A stretch of DNA of 64,000 nucleotides from the human T2T-CHM13v2.0 reference genome, Homo sapiens. A model generated the notes under the pieces. It saw nothing but the letters and a program-made list of their open reading frames with translations, was not told the DNA's origin and did not search any database. The stretch is taken from assembly GCF_009914755.1 (NCBI RefSeq), contig NC_060932.1. The stretch is one strand, 5' to 3'. The position numbers and the translations under genes are program-made. Of this stretch, positions 1 to 25,600 are shown piece after piece. The first letter of the stretch is position 1, and every line of letters begins with the position of its first letter.

Positions 1-297
<297 letters not shown>

Positions 298-728
298 CTA
301 CCATGTCCATAGGCCACACTGCTTATATGTGTAGCCTCAAGGTACATGCTTTGAGGTTAAAGCCTGTAGGGGCTTTTGTGACTGTCCTTACTTTAATAAC
401 TAAATGCATCCTTCAAGCAATTAGAACTATCAAGCACATATTCTAGTAAATAAGGCTATCATTGGTGACATCCACCTGGTATCTGGGAATTAAGTGGACG
501 TATCAGGACTAGGAAGTTGGGAGAAAGATTAGGAACACATAATGTTGGAGAATGGAGAACTGACCATGGGAGGTAGACCTGGGAACTGTGCTATGGAGAT
601 CACCATGTGGGTATTGAGGGGCTTTCTTGGAAGGAAAAGAGACAATCACTGAGGGCTTCACAGGATGAATTATTCACATTCTAACCAACTTTCTCTGTTA
701 GTTCTAAGAAGAAATTGATGAAAAAAAG

Positions 729-1012
729 TTTTTGAGACAGACAGTCCCTTCCTCTGTCATCCAGGCTGTAGTGCAGTGGCAGAAACACAGCTCACTGTAG
801 CTTCAACCTCCTGGGCTCAAGTGATCCTCCCACCTCAGCCTTCCAACTAACTGGGAAAACAGTCACATACCACTATGCCCTGCTAATTTTTTTTTTTAAT
901 TTTTGGTAGAGATGGAGATCTCTGTATGTTGCACAGTCTATTCTCAAACTTCTGGGTTCAAATGATCCTCCAGCCTAAGCCCCCAAAATTTCTGAGATTA
1001 TAGGCATGAGGC
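729..1012 (-). mobile_element. Old Alu (AluJ-like)
   Basis: Antisense Alu motifs 'tttgagacag...gtgcagtggc...ctcctgggctcaagtgatcctcccacctcagcc', heavily diverged. Confidence 0.9.
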
Positions 1013-1019
1013 ATAAATG

Positions 1020-1110
1020 TTTATAAGCAAAGGAAGAAGCAGTAAGTAACTTGTCCAAGATCACACATTAAGTGGCAAATATGTCTGATTCTTAGTATTT
1101 TCAAAATCCA
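1020..1110 (+). mobile_element. MIR fragment
   Basis: 'aagtaacttgtccaagatcacac' MIR core motif. Confidence 0.5.
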
Positions 1111-1202
1111 TTCTTTTCTGTTCACCCCCAGTGTCATTATCTTGTTAGACTCACTATTAGCTCTTGCCAGTATTTCTACAACTGCCTACAAAACAATATC
1201 CC

Positions 1203-4200
1203 TATATTAGTTCATTTTTGCACTGCTATAAAGAAATATGTGAGACTGGGTAATTTATAAGAAAAAGAGGTGAAATTTTCTCATGCTTCTGCAGGCTATG
1301 CAGGAAACATAGCAGCTCCTGTTGTTGGGAAGCCTCAGGAAACTTACAATCATGGCAGAAGGAGAAAAGGAAGCAGGTACATCTCACATGACCTTAGCAG
1401 GAGGAAGAGAGTGAGGGGAGAGGTGCCGCACACTTTTAAACAACCAGATCTTGTAAAAATTCTCTCATGAGAACAGCACCGAAGGGATGATACTAAACCA
1501 TTAGAAACCACCTTCATGATCCAATCACTTCCCACCAGGCCCCACCTCCAAACCATATAATTCCCCCAGCCCCTCCCAAATCTCATGTCATTCTCACATC
1601 GCAAAAATATAATCATGCCTTCCTGACAGTCCCTCAAAGTCTTAACTCATTCCAGCATTTACTCAAAAGTCCAAAGAAGTCTCATCTGAGAAAAGGCTAA
1701 TCCCTTCCACCTATGAGTCTGTAAAATCAAAAACAAGTTAGTTACTTCCAAGACACAATGGAGGTATAGGCATTGGGTAAATACTCCTATTCTAAAAGGG
1801 AGAAATCATCCAAAAGAAAGGGGCTACAGGCCCCATGCAAGTTCAAAACTCAGCAGGACAGTCATTAAATTTTAAAGGTCCAAAATGATCTCCTTTGACT
1901 CCATGTCTCTAATCCAAGACATACTGGGGCAAAGGGTGGGCTCCCATGACCTTGGGCAGGGTGTCTTTGCAGGGATCAGCCCCCACAGCTGCTCTCAAGG
2001 GCTGGTGTTGCATGCCTGTGGCTTTTCCAGGTACAAGGTGCAAGCTGACAGTGAATCTACCATGTGGTGGTCTGGAGGATGGAGGCCCACTTCTCACAGC
2101 TCCACTAGGCAGTGATCCAGTGGAGACTCTGTGTGGGGGCTCCAACCCCACATTTTTCCTCCACAGTACCCTAATGGAGATTCTCCATGAGGCCTCCACC
2201 CCCTGCAGCAGACTTCTACCTAGACATACAGGGTGTTCATACATCCGTTGAAATCTAGGTGGAGGCTCCCAAACCTCAACTCCTGCCTTCTGCACACCTG
2301 CAGGCCCAATACCACATGGAAGCTGCCAAAGCCTGGGGCTTGCACCCTCTGAAGCAATGGCCTAAGCAATGGCCCTTTTAGCTACGGCCAGAGCTGGAGT
2401 GGCTGGGACACAGGGTGCCATGTCCCAAGGCTGCAGAGAGAAACAGGGCCCTGGGCCTGGCCCTTGAAACCATTTTTTCCTCCTAGGCCTCCAAGGCCTG
2501 TGATGGCAGGGGCTACCACAAAAATCTCTAAATGCCCTGAATGAATTTTCCCCCATTGTTTTGGCTATTAACATTTGGCTCTTCTTTACTTATGCAAATT
2601 TATGCAGCCTTGAATTCCTCCCCAGAAAATGGATTTTTTTCTATCCCATGGTTGGACTGCAAATTTTCCAAACTTTTATGCTCTGCTTCACTTTTAAATG
2701 TAAGTTCTAGTTTTAGGTCATTTCTTTATGTAAATGACCATAGGCTTTTAGAAACAGCTAAGCCATGTATAGAATGCTTTGCTGTTTAGAAACTTTTTCT
2801 GCTAGATACCCTAATCTCCCTGAAGTTTAAACTTCCACATATCTCTAAAGCAGGGACAAAATGCTGCCAGTCTCTTTGCTAAAGCATAGTAACAGTGGCC
2901 TTTGTCCAATTCCCAATAAGTTTCTCATCTCCATCTGAGACCTCCTCAGCCAGGACTTCACTGTCCATATCACTATCAGCATTTTGTTTCACAACAATTC
3001 AACAAGTCTCCAACTCCTATTTCCCCCTATACTCCGCCTTAGGAGAGGTTCTCCATACAGGCTCCACCCCTGCAGCAGGCTTCTGCCTAGACATCGAGGC
3101 CTTTCCATACATCCTCTGAAATCTAGGCAAAGGCTTCTAAGCCTCACCTCTTGCACTCTTTATACCCACAGGCTTAACACCATGTGGAAGCCACCAAGGC
3201 TTGTGGTTTGCACCCTATAAAGCAGCAGCCTTAGCTGTACCTTTGAGCCATGGCTGGTGCTGGAACAACTGGGATTTCGGGAGCAGTGTCCCAAGCCTGT
3301 GCAGGGTGGAAGGGCCCTGGGCCAGGCCCACCAAACCATGCTTTCCTCCTAGGTCTCTGGGTCTGTAATGGGAGGTGCTGCCAGGAAGTTCTCTGAAATA
3401 CCTTCAAGGACTTTTCCCCATTGTCTTGATTATTAGCACTTGGCTCCTTTTTACTTATGCAAATTTCTATAGCTAGCTTGAATTCATTCCCTGAAAATGG
3501 GATTTTCTTTTCTAACACATGGTCAGCCTGCAAGTTTTCCAAACTTTTATGCTCTGGTTCCCTTTTAAACGGAAGTTCCAGTTTCAGGTCATTTCTTTGC
3601 TCACATATATGAGCATAGGTTTTTAGAAGCAGCCAGGCCACATCTTGAACATTTTGCTGCTTAGAAAGTTCTTCTGCCAGATACCCTAAATCATCACTCT
3701 CAAGTTCAAAGTTCCAAAGATCCCTAGGGCAGGAGCAGAATGCCTCCAAATTATTTGCTAAAGCATAACAAAAGTGACCTTTGCCCCAGTTTCCCATAAG
3801 TTCCTCATTTCTATCTGAGACCTCCTCAACTTGGACTTCATTGTCCATATCGCTATTAGTATTTTGGTCACAACAATTTGACAAGTGTCTAGAAAGTTCC
3901 AAACTTTCCCTCATTTTCCTTTCTTCTGAGCCCTTCACACGTTACAACCTCCACCCATTAGACAGTTCGAAAGCTGCTTCCACATTTTCAGGTATCTATC
4001 TTTAGGGCAATGCCCCACTTATCAACACCAATTTTATATATTCTCCACTCTCACACTGCTATAAAAAATATCTGAGACTGGGTAATTTGTAAAGAAAAGA
4101 GGTTGAATTGGCTTATAGTTCTGCAGGCTGTACAGGAAGCATAGCAGCTTTTACTTCTTCATCTAGTTGTAAGCCTCAGGAAACTCACACTCACACTCAT

Positions 4201-4444
4201 GGAAAAAGATACAGGGGAATCATGGCTGTAGCAGGAGAAAGAGAGAGTGAGGGGAGTTGCCACACACTTTTAAATGACCAGATCTCATGAAAACTCTATC
4301 ATGAGAATAGCACCAAAGGATTAGTGCTAAACCATTAGAAACCACTCCCATGATACAATCACCTTCAACCAGGACCCACCTCCAACACTGGGGATTAAAA
4401 TTCGACATGAGATTTGGGCACAGACACAGATCCAAAGTATATCA
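1203..4444 (-). mobile_element. Full-length MaLR (MSTA/MSTB-type): LTR ~1203-1560, internal ~1560-4035, LTR ~4036-4444
   Basis: Two homologous LTRs ('cactgctataaa...gagactgggtaattt...'); 5-bp TSD atccc (1198-1202)/gtccc (4445-4449); internal region encodes MaLR ORF remnants. Confidence 0.92.
3231..3938 (-). pseudogene. MaLR internal (gag-derived) ORF remnant, 235 aa
   Basis: Peptide 'RESLEL..DMDNEVQ.EEVSD..EELMGNWGKGHFCYALA..LEAFCSCPRDLWNFELESDDLGYLAEELSKQQ' is the typical THE1/MST internal ORF; homologous pieces at 24247-24435 and 44312-44557. Confidence 0.85.
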
Positions 4445-5170
4445 GTCCCTGAACCCAATCCTGTCCCTCTACAATCTATTTTCTATACTGCAACCAGAGT
4501 GAGATAGTCAAACGAGAAAACAGATCAATTCGCAATCCTTCTGAAACCCTTGAAAGCCAATTCAATTTCCTCTGGCCAAAAAGCTAGACTCTTGAGACTG
4601 GCTATAAGTGGCCAATCACACAATGCATCATCCAGTTGTAAAATGTATCATATTTTGAGAGTGAAAGAAGAGGCTATTAAAACTGATCTAGACAACAAGC
4701 CTGAACCAGGACTGTCACAGGCAAACAGGGACATGTGACTATAAGACTGCTCCAACTTTTTAACCCCACCCTTCACCACTTCACTCATTGCCTTCTGGTA
4801 CTCTTACTTTAATGCTGAGCTATGAGAAATCTCACATCACATTCTTTTCCCTTCTGGGGCCTTAGCACACACCTTGTCATCATCTTACTCCTCTTTACCA
4901 AGTTTTCTTTACTAATTTGAACTGATCAGTTTCTCTGGAACCCAGACCAGAGTTTACTTACTTCTAGAAATGTTGTACAACTTCTCAAGGCTAGGTTCGA
5001 TGCTGTTATGCCTTCCATTTCACTATGTGCATGCCCCTATGATTACTTTTAATGGACCATACTATAATTGCATATTTTCTAGTACATCTTCCCTTCTGAC
5101 TGAATGCCCCTTTAGGATATCACTTTATATTTATACTCACGAAACACCTAGCACATAGTAATATATAATT
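4445..5170 (+). mobile_element. L2 3' fragment(s)
   Basis: 'caatctattttctatactgcaaccagagtg...' and terminal 'acctagcacatagta' resemble the L2 3' consensus; highly diverged. Confidence 0.55.
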
Positions 5171-6984
5171 ATGTAACACCTAGCACATAGTTTCATTCCT
5201 AACATATATCAAGAGTTTATATGGAAACCTTTAATAGACATATATTGATTAGACTGATGGGTAGAGATAGATGAAAGGAAAAACAAACAAGAGATATTTT
5301 CCAGGTTCGTAAACCACTAGTATGGTTTAGTCCTTCTGTTTTTCTAGGTAATAATTTCCTGGTCTTGCTATGCATTTGAATCCGTGAATTGGAATATCAG
5401 ATATTAGAGCAAGGAATCTGTATTATTAGCAAGATTGTTGGGTGATTCTTATAGAACCCAAGTCTGGTTTGTCTAAATTTAAGAAAGAACATATTTGTAG
5501 TGGCCATCTTATAGATTTTCTTCATTTCTATACACTTTGTTCTGGTGGAGATAAATGTTAACTTTCTATGTGAAAATAAGAGGGGATTTAAGTTTGGAAT
5601 TGTTAGGTTGCAATATTTGCAGTCTGAGAAAAACAAACCAGGAAGAATCCTTGATACACTAGTGCTCCTAGAAAGGTTCAGTGATATAAAATGAACAAAA
5701 GGTTTATTTAGATATGTATCCAAGGGTCCACAGTCTAGACATCTATCTTGTCTAACTGGAGCTAACTCCTATTGGCTCACTCCTATGGTCAACATTTTTA
5801 AGATAAAAAAGTTTCTTTAGACTAACCCAGGGCTGGGAGTAGGGAGAAGTCACTAGCTCTCCTTAGGGAACACATTTGCTGATTTTTTAAAAATTGCCAC
5901 ATTTCCTATCTTTAGCATTTGAAAAATATTGACTGTACTGAAAGGTTTTTAATTTATGGCAGGTTACTAGAGATTTTTCAGGGTAGCCTGATTCAACTAT
6001 TCCCTTTGAAGTAGTGCCTATAATAGAGTGCACTTCACCAAAGAAGAGAAAAGAAAAATAGCCTGTCTCCTTGAGAACAAGAACAAACGGACTGCAAACA
6101 TGAATTGTAGGCCACTTTCTGAGTAGAAGAACTGAGCCACTCAGAGTTGAGTGGCCAGCAAATCTGTAATCTCCTCCACATCTCATTTAGCTGTGTCTGG
6201 GAGGCAAGACAGGGCAGACTTCTCTCTGATGACTTCTCAGAATCAGTCACCCTTGGACCATCAATATAGATTAAGAATCTCAAAAAAGGGAGAGTGGTTT
6301 GAACTCTTAATGAGGGAAGGGAAATGGAGGTCAGAAGACAGACTCCACCACCTATGCTGCTGCCAGTTTATTGTAAGTGTTGGATGAAAAACCCAAATTC
6401 AGGGCTCAGTATTTTATCCCTTCATAAAAACAAGCCTTACAGGATTTGTCCAAAGTGCCAACCCTAGTTACCACAATTCATCTCCATAAAATGTGTTGTG
6501 TTCCTTGGTGAAAGCTGCCATAGAAAAGGTCAGGGTACCATCTAGGCTTGTTTTATTCTTGGGAACTTTGTTGTAAAGATTAACATTTTGGCTTTACTTT
6601 TTAAAAAAATCTCACATATAAAGGTAAAGATAGATAAATATACAGGGCCTTGGTGATGTAGCCCATAGGCATTTGGGTGTGTCATGAATGAGAATAATAT
6701 TAGGCTTTGTATCTCCATGTAGCAGCAAATTGATTGTAAATAAAGCAGGAAGGCCAATCTGGAAAATATTAATTAGAAGGCAACTGAAAAATGAGTAGCT
6801 AGCTGTACATCAAGGTTGGGAACAGCAGAGTTAGAAAAAGAGATAAGTGTAGTTAAGTGAGAAATCTAGATTAAGGAAGGAAAAACTTGTTGTAGACAGT
6901 CTGAAAGAGATTCTAGGTGTTTGAGTATGTCATGCAAAAATATGTTATTCATCAGACAAGTTAACAAATATGTATGAAGCACAT

Positions 6985-7290
6985 ATATTTTTAAAACTTT
7001 TTATTTTGAAATAATTTTGGACTGAAGAACAGTTGCAAAAACAGTAGGGCAAGTTTCTATTTTTTATATATATTTTTCTCACTAATTTTAGTGTTATCAA
7101 TGATACTTGCCTATAAAATTATTACTGTCATTTCTGCCTAACAATAATTTTTCCATTTCCCTCATCCCTTAGATATTTATTAATTGCTATTACACCTTTT
7201 TAAAAGCTGTACCTTATCAATCAGTCATTTATTTACTCAATTATTTATATAAGTATGAATTCAGATATTTATTTTATTTTATGGCTTCTA
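6985..7290 (-). mobile_element. Old L1M (L1MC-like) 3' fragment
   Basis: 'aaactttttattttgaaataatttt...agttgcaaaaacagta' L1MC-type 3' terminus. Confidence 0.6.
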
Positions 7291-7299
7291 ATGGGATGC

Positions 7300-8690
7300 A
7301 ACTACATACTTTTGCAAGATAATATGTTAGGTACTAGAAATACAGTGATAAATAAGACCAAGGCTTGTACTCCCTTACATAAAGACTAGGCCTATAATAG
7401 ACAAAGAAACCAAAAATTACAATTCATAGTGAGAAAACCTATGATGCTGGCAGTGTCTAAACTCAGAGATGCCTTCTCAGAGAAAGGTAACACAATAAAT
7501 GACAATTCAATCCTAGTTACCCAAGCCAAAATCCTTGAAGCTGTATGACTCTTCTGTTTTTCTTATAGACAACCTTGTATCCATTGGGTCTACTTCCTAA
7601 GTTCATTCACAATAAGGCCTCCATCTCACCATTGTCACTACTAACCCTATCCAAGACATCACCATCCATTACTTGTAGTATATCAACAGTTTTGAACTGG
7701 TTTAGAGACAATGTGTTCATAGGTGGAGAAGAAAGGACATTGTAGACAAATAAAGGCACCTATCCTAGTTTGGATTCGGTCACTGGCCTGGTCTACAAGG
7801 CTATTTCAGGCCATAAAAGAACTGAAAGGTTGCTAACGTATAGAGATAAATAAGGAGTATGAAGAAATGGGGAACAATGAGGCTAAAGCATTAATCAGGG
7901 GAAATGCTGAAGACCATTGTAGACATGTCAGAGATGCTAAGATTTACCAGACAAACAATGGAAAGTTACTTCAGGGCTTTTAAAGGGGATAAAACATTCA
8001 TATTTGTAATTTTTAAACGCTATACTGGTAGTCCATGCGCAGGCCAGTTTACAAATGTGACAATAAGGGATATGAAAAGACAATCTAGGAGATTCCTGTG
8101 GCAAAACAGGCAAAAGAGAAAAGTATTTTAGATTTGTCTAATAATAGTGGAAATGAAGAAAGGATTCAGGAGATGCTAGATGGTAGAATAAATCCAGACA
8201 TGGTAATTGATTAGATATGGAAGTTGAAAACAGATGTGTAAAAGATAGTCTCCAGAGTTCTGGCTTGGACAACTGAGTGTGCAATGGAGCATTCACTGAG
8301 ATAGAGCAAGTAGAAAAGGATAAAGTTTGCAAGGGAAACTCATAACTTTCATTTTGGACATAAATAATTTAGAAAGAAGCAAGTATAAATGTCAAATGGG
8401 GAACTGGATGCATGTGTCTACAACTCAGGAAATAGCTGATGTTGAAGATGTGCATTTTGAACTTATAAACATACAGATACTATTTCAAACCATAGGAGAG
8501 ATTGGTTGCCTATTAAAGAGTGTAGGTTGAGAAGAAAAGAGGCAAGTCACATAAATCTGGGGGAATCCCACCTGGAAATATTTCACAGGGAATGGTGGGT
8601 AGCAAAGTTGACTGAGAAGGAGTGCTAGAGAAGCGGGAACAAAACAAAAAAGACAATGTCGTAAAGAAGAGAATATCTCACTTTTCTCTC
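7300..8690 (-). mobile_element. L2 fragments (mostly antisense; a sense piece at ~7495-7700)
   Basis: Antisense L2 motifs 'tctggcttggacaactgagtg...cattcactgagatag', 'ttttggacataaataatttag'. Confidence 0.6.
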
Positions 8691-8799
8691 CCACCAGTGT
8701 AGCTTCTGTCTCTACTCTTTTATCCCCAAAAGTCTAACTCTGCGTCTCCATTTTTTCATGTCATGCTACAAAACTGAATGGACACTTCTGATCAGTCTT

Positions 8800-14929
<6,130 letters not shown>

Positions 14930-14974
14930 GATAAGTCTTATTTCAAAATGGTTTTTCAGCAGTCTTCTATAAAG

Positions 14975-16000
14975 TTAGCAATTTCCATTAATCTATTGCT
15001 GTGTAAAAAAGCACCCCAAACTTACTGACTTACAGTAACAACCTATTATTTTCTTCCATGGACCTGGATTAACTGGGCTCAGATGTTTTTTGCTTACAGT
15101 GTCATGTGCTGTTGCAGCCAGATATCTACTGGGGCTGCACTCATCTGAAGGCTTAACTGAGATAAACAAGCAAAATGAATCATTTACATAGTTGACAGTT
15201 TAAGCTATCAGTTGGGAATTCAGCTGGGGCTATCTACTGAAGTGTGTATACATGGCCTCTCATACCAGCTACCAGTTTGTTGCCTCTCAGCTCCAAATCT
15301 ACCCTTCTCTGCCCAGTTTTGTGATATTGCAGCTGGACCCCATCAGCTTGTGAAATGAGAGGCTTTTTAATAGAAGGCACTGGGGTGACACTGCAAGGTG
15401 ATAGCAACAGGAAGAAATTTCTCTTCTGGGTTATAATTCTCCATTATCATTCAGTATTGGTGCTTGGTGGCCCATGTGGATTAGCTTCAACTGTAGCTTC
15501 AGACCACATTCTCCCCAGTGGTAGGCATTTCTAAGTTATGACAGCAGGCAGCTTCTGTGGTAGTTCTAGTTGGACCTTCAGGCCACATGCTGCCCAGCCT
15601 GGGCTTCACTGCAGCAGCTCCAGCCTGCAACCCCCTTCCATAGAGCCACAACAACGTACAGTCTCCTCCCCCGCCCACTTATTTGCTACTTTTAGCCTGC
15701 ATTTTTCTACAGTAGCCATAGCTTCTCCAAAGAGGTCCAAATCTAAGAGTTGAGGGAAAGAACCTCTTTCTAGTCTTAAATTATTTTTTGTTTTGCTCTA
15801 GACATGGTAGTTTGTAAATGCTACTTTTGGATATCTTAAAATTCATGGTTAACCCTTTTAGTAGCTAACTAACTCTACTTTATATTACATTTTCTTTGTC
15901 CAGATAACTTGCATGGTTTCTGTCTCTGACTAGACCCTAATTGATTTACCTCCTTATGTGTCCCAGACTTTTCACAAGATGGGTTTCTACAGAAAATGAC
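14975..16000 (-). mobile_element. Old MLT1-type LTR interrupted by an LTR33-like ERVL LTR (~15262-15945)
   Basis: 'tctattgctgtgtaa...ccccaaaactta' MLT1 motif; 'ttgcctctcagctccaaatctacccttc' and 'gtttctgtctctgactagaccctaattga' LTR33-type ends. Confidence 0.6.
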
Positions 16001-16239
16001 TCAGATATCAGTCCTAGCTTATTTTGTCTTCCCTATATACATCATTCGTTCAGTTAGATCACCTAGAATCATAGTTTAAAATATCATCTGTACAGTATTG
16101 ACTCCCAAATCTACAACTCCAATTAAAACTTTGCTGACCTCCAAATCATAATTTAACTATGTGATTATCATCTCCATCTCAGATACTTCAAAGCTCTTAA
16201 TTCCACATTTTATAAATAAACTGTTTGAAAAGGCATCAC
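16000..16239 (+). mobile_element. L2 fragment, left half of an L2 split by the nested L1MA block
   Basis: 'atatcatctgtac...gactcccaaatcta' L2 motif; continues at ~38930. Confidence 0.6.
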
Positions 16240-16500
16240 TAGGAGTGACATCAGCAAGTGGTGATACAGGATTTTCCTGCACTTGTCCTCATACAGAAAT
16301 ACCAGTTTGAGTAACTATCCATAATTGAAAATACCTTCACAAGAGCTAAGGAAGCCAGAGGAGAAATTAAAACATTTGAAGGAAAATTACAACATTTGAG
16401 CATAGCACAAAAATAAGAAAAGACACTGTATTAGTCTGTCCTCACACTGCTATAAAGAACTGCCCAAAACTGAGTAATTTATAAAGAAAAGAGGTAATTG

Positions 16501-22660
<6,160 letters not shown>

Positions 22661-25600
22661 AAAGAAAAGAGGCAATTGACTCACAGTTGTGCAGCACTAC
22701 AGAGGCTTCAGAAAACTTAAAATCATGGCAGAAGTGGAAGCAAATATGTCATTCTTCACATGGTGGTAGGAAGGAGAAGTGCTGAGCAAAGGGAGAAGAA
22801 CCCCTTATAAAACTACCAGATCTCATGAGACGTCACTATCATGAGAACAGCATGAGGGTAACCACCCCCATGATTCAATTACCTCCCACCAGGTCCCTCC
22901 CACAACACATGGGGATTGTGGGAACTACAATTCAAGATGAGATTTGGGTGGGAAACAGCCAGACTTATTTTCCACCTCTGGACTTTCCCAAATCTCATCT
23001 TTCTCACATTGCGAAACACAGTTATGCCTTCCCAACAGTTCCCCAAAGTCTTAACTCATTTCAGCATTAACTCAAAAGTTCAAGTCCATAGTCTCATCTG
23101 AGACAAGGCAAGTCCCTTCTGCTTTGTAAAATCAAAAGCAAGTTAGTTACTTCCTAGATACAGTGGAGGTATAGGCATTGGGTAAATAAACTCATTCAAA
23201 ATGGGAGAAATTGGCTAAGACTAAAAAGACTACAGGCCCCATGCAAGGCCAAAATCTGATAGGGTAGTCATTAAACCTTAAAGTTCCAAAATGATCTTCT
23301 TTGACACTATGTCCCACATCCAGTTCATGCTAATGTAAAGGATGGGCTCCCACAGACTTGGGCATCTCTATCCCTGTGGCTTTGCAAGGTACAGGCCCTA
23401 TCCTGGCTGCTTTCACAGGCTGGCATTGAGTGTCTGTTGCTTTTCCAGGCACTTGGTCCAAGTTGTCAGCGGATCTACCATTCTGGTGTCTGGAGTATGG
23501 TTGCCCTCTTCTCACAGCTCCACTAGGCAGTGCCCCAGTGGGGACTCTGCATGGGGTATCCAACCCCACATTTCCCTTCCACATTGCCCTAGCAGAGGTT
23601 CTGCATGAGGCCTCTGCCCCTGCAAGAAAACTTCTGCCTGGATATTCAGGCATTTCCATACATCCTCTGAAATCTAGGCAGAGGTTCCCCAACCTCAGTC
23701 CTTGAATTCTGTGCACTTGCAGGCCCAACACCATCTGTAAGTCACTAAGACTTGGGGCTTTCTCCCTCTGAAGCAATAGCCTGAGCTGTATGCTGGCCGT
23801 TTTAGACACAGCTGGGATATAGGGCACTAAGCCCCAAGACTGTAAAAAGCAGCAAAGCCCTGGGCCCAGCCTACAAAACCATTTTTTCCTCCTAGGCCTT
23901 CAGGCCTGTGATAGAAGGGGCTGCTGTGAAGTTCTCTGACATGTCCTGGAGACATTTTCTCCATTATCTTGGTGATTAAAATTTGGCTTCTTGCTACTTA
24001 TGCAAATTTCTGCCGTTGGCTTGAATTTCTCCCCAGAAAATGGGTTTTTATTTTCTAACACATCATCAAGCTGCAAATTTTCCAAACTTTTATGCTCTGC
24101 TTCCACTTGAATCTTTGTTGCTTAGAAATTTCTTCCACCAGACACCCTAAATCATCTCTCTCAAGTTCAAAGTTCCACAGATCTCTAGGGCAGGAACAAA
24201 ATACCACCAGTCTCTTTGCTAAACTTTTGCTCCAGTCCCCAAGAAGTTATTCATCTCCATCCGAGACCACCTCAGCCTGGACTTCATTGTCCATATCACT
24301 ATCAGCAATTTGGTCAAAGCAATTCAACAAGTCTCTAGGAAGTTCCAAACTCTCCCACATTTTCCTGTCTTCTTCTGAGCCATCTGAACTGTTCCAACTT
24401 CTGCCCATTACCCAATTCCAAAGTTGTTTCCACATTCTCAGGTATCTCAGAGAATGCCCTACTACCTCAATGCCAATTTACTGTATTAGTCCATTCTCAC
24501 ACCATTATAAAAAACTACCTAAGACTGGGTAATTTATAATGGAAAGAAGTTTAACTGACTCACAGTTCAGCATGGTTAGAAGGCCTCAGGAAACTGACAA
24601 TCATGGCAGAAGGGGAAGCAAACATGTCCTTCTTCATATGGTGGCAGGAAGGAGAAGTGCTGAGCAAAGGAAGAAGAGACCCTCATAAAACCATCAGATC
24701 TCATGAGAACTAATTCACTATCACAAGAACAACATAGGGGTAACCACCGCCATGATTCAATTATCTCCCACTGGGTTCCTCCCATGACACATGGAGATTA
24801 TGGGAACTACAATTCAAGATGAGATTTGGGTGGGGGCACAGCTAAACCATATAAGACACATTGAAATTTATAAGAAGGACAGTTTCACATTACCTGCATT
24901 ACCCCTCTTCCCAATCCCAGGCAGAGGAGAGAGATACCCACTACTTTGAGAAAGAAAAGTGAAGCAAGCACCAGACTGCCTTGGACCCTAACACTGGTCC
25001 TGCACCAGTAAAATCCACTGCCTTGCAGGCCTCTAAGCTCCAGACTCCAGGTTGCTACCTGTGGATTAAGCCTGTAGGTCCATCTTTACACCAGGCCTGA
25101 TACTGCAGCCCCAGGCTTTGGACACACTCCAAAGCTAGGCCAACTCCACAAACTCAGGCTGTAGGTTGGATCCCACAAACCAGGCTCCAAGCTGGTCACC
25201 ACAGCCCTAGGCTCCAGGTTAGTTGTTGTGGCTCCAGACATTAAGTCAGCACCCATGGTTCCAGGTTTTAGACTGGCCCCATTGACCCCGACTCTATGCC
25301 TGCCTCAGCACCAGGCCAGCTTCACGTTCTAGGCAGGCCTCTGTGGACACAGGCTCCGCAGAACCTAGGGTCCAAGCACACCCCAGTAGACCCCAGTGCC
25401 ATCCCAGATCCTGCAGACCAAGGTTCAGGGACCACCTCTGTAAACATGTGCTCTAGGACAGCCCCATAGACCAAAGTCTCATATCTGCCCAATGGACTCA
25501 GACCAGGTATGCCTCAGACACCAGTCCTATCCCAGCACCCGGCCAACCTCTGCAGACAGGCTCAAGGTCCATCCCTGTTCAGGCCAGTGCCCATGGAAGT

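Noticed and set aside
3231-3938. 235-aa ORF as a domesticated gag-like gene
   Set aside because: It is a standard MaLR internal ORF remnant within a two-LTR element, with no sign of selection visible from one sequence.
5397-6757. Cluster of 70-108 aa ORFs in non-repeat DNA
   Set aside because: No recognisable protein similarity, overlapping on both strands, and no convincing exon structure; compatible with chance.
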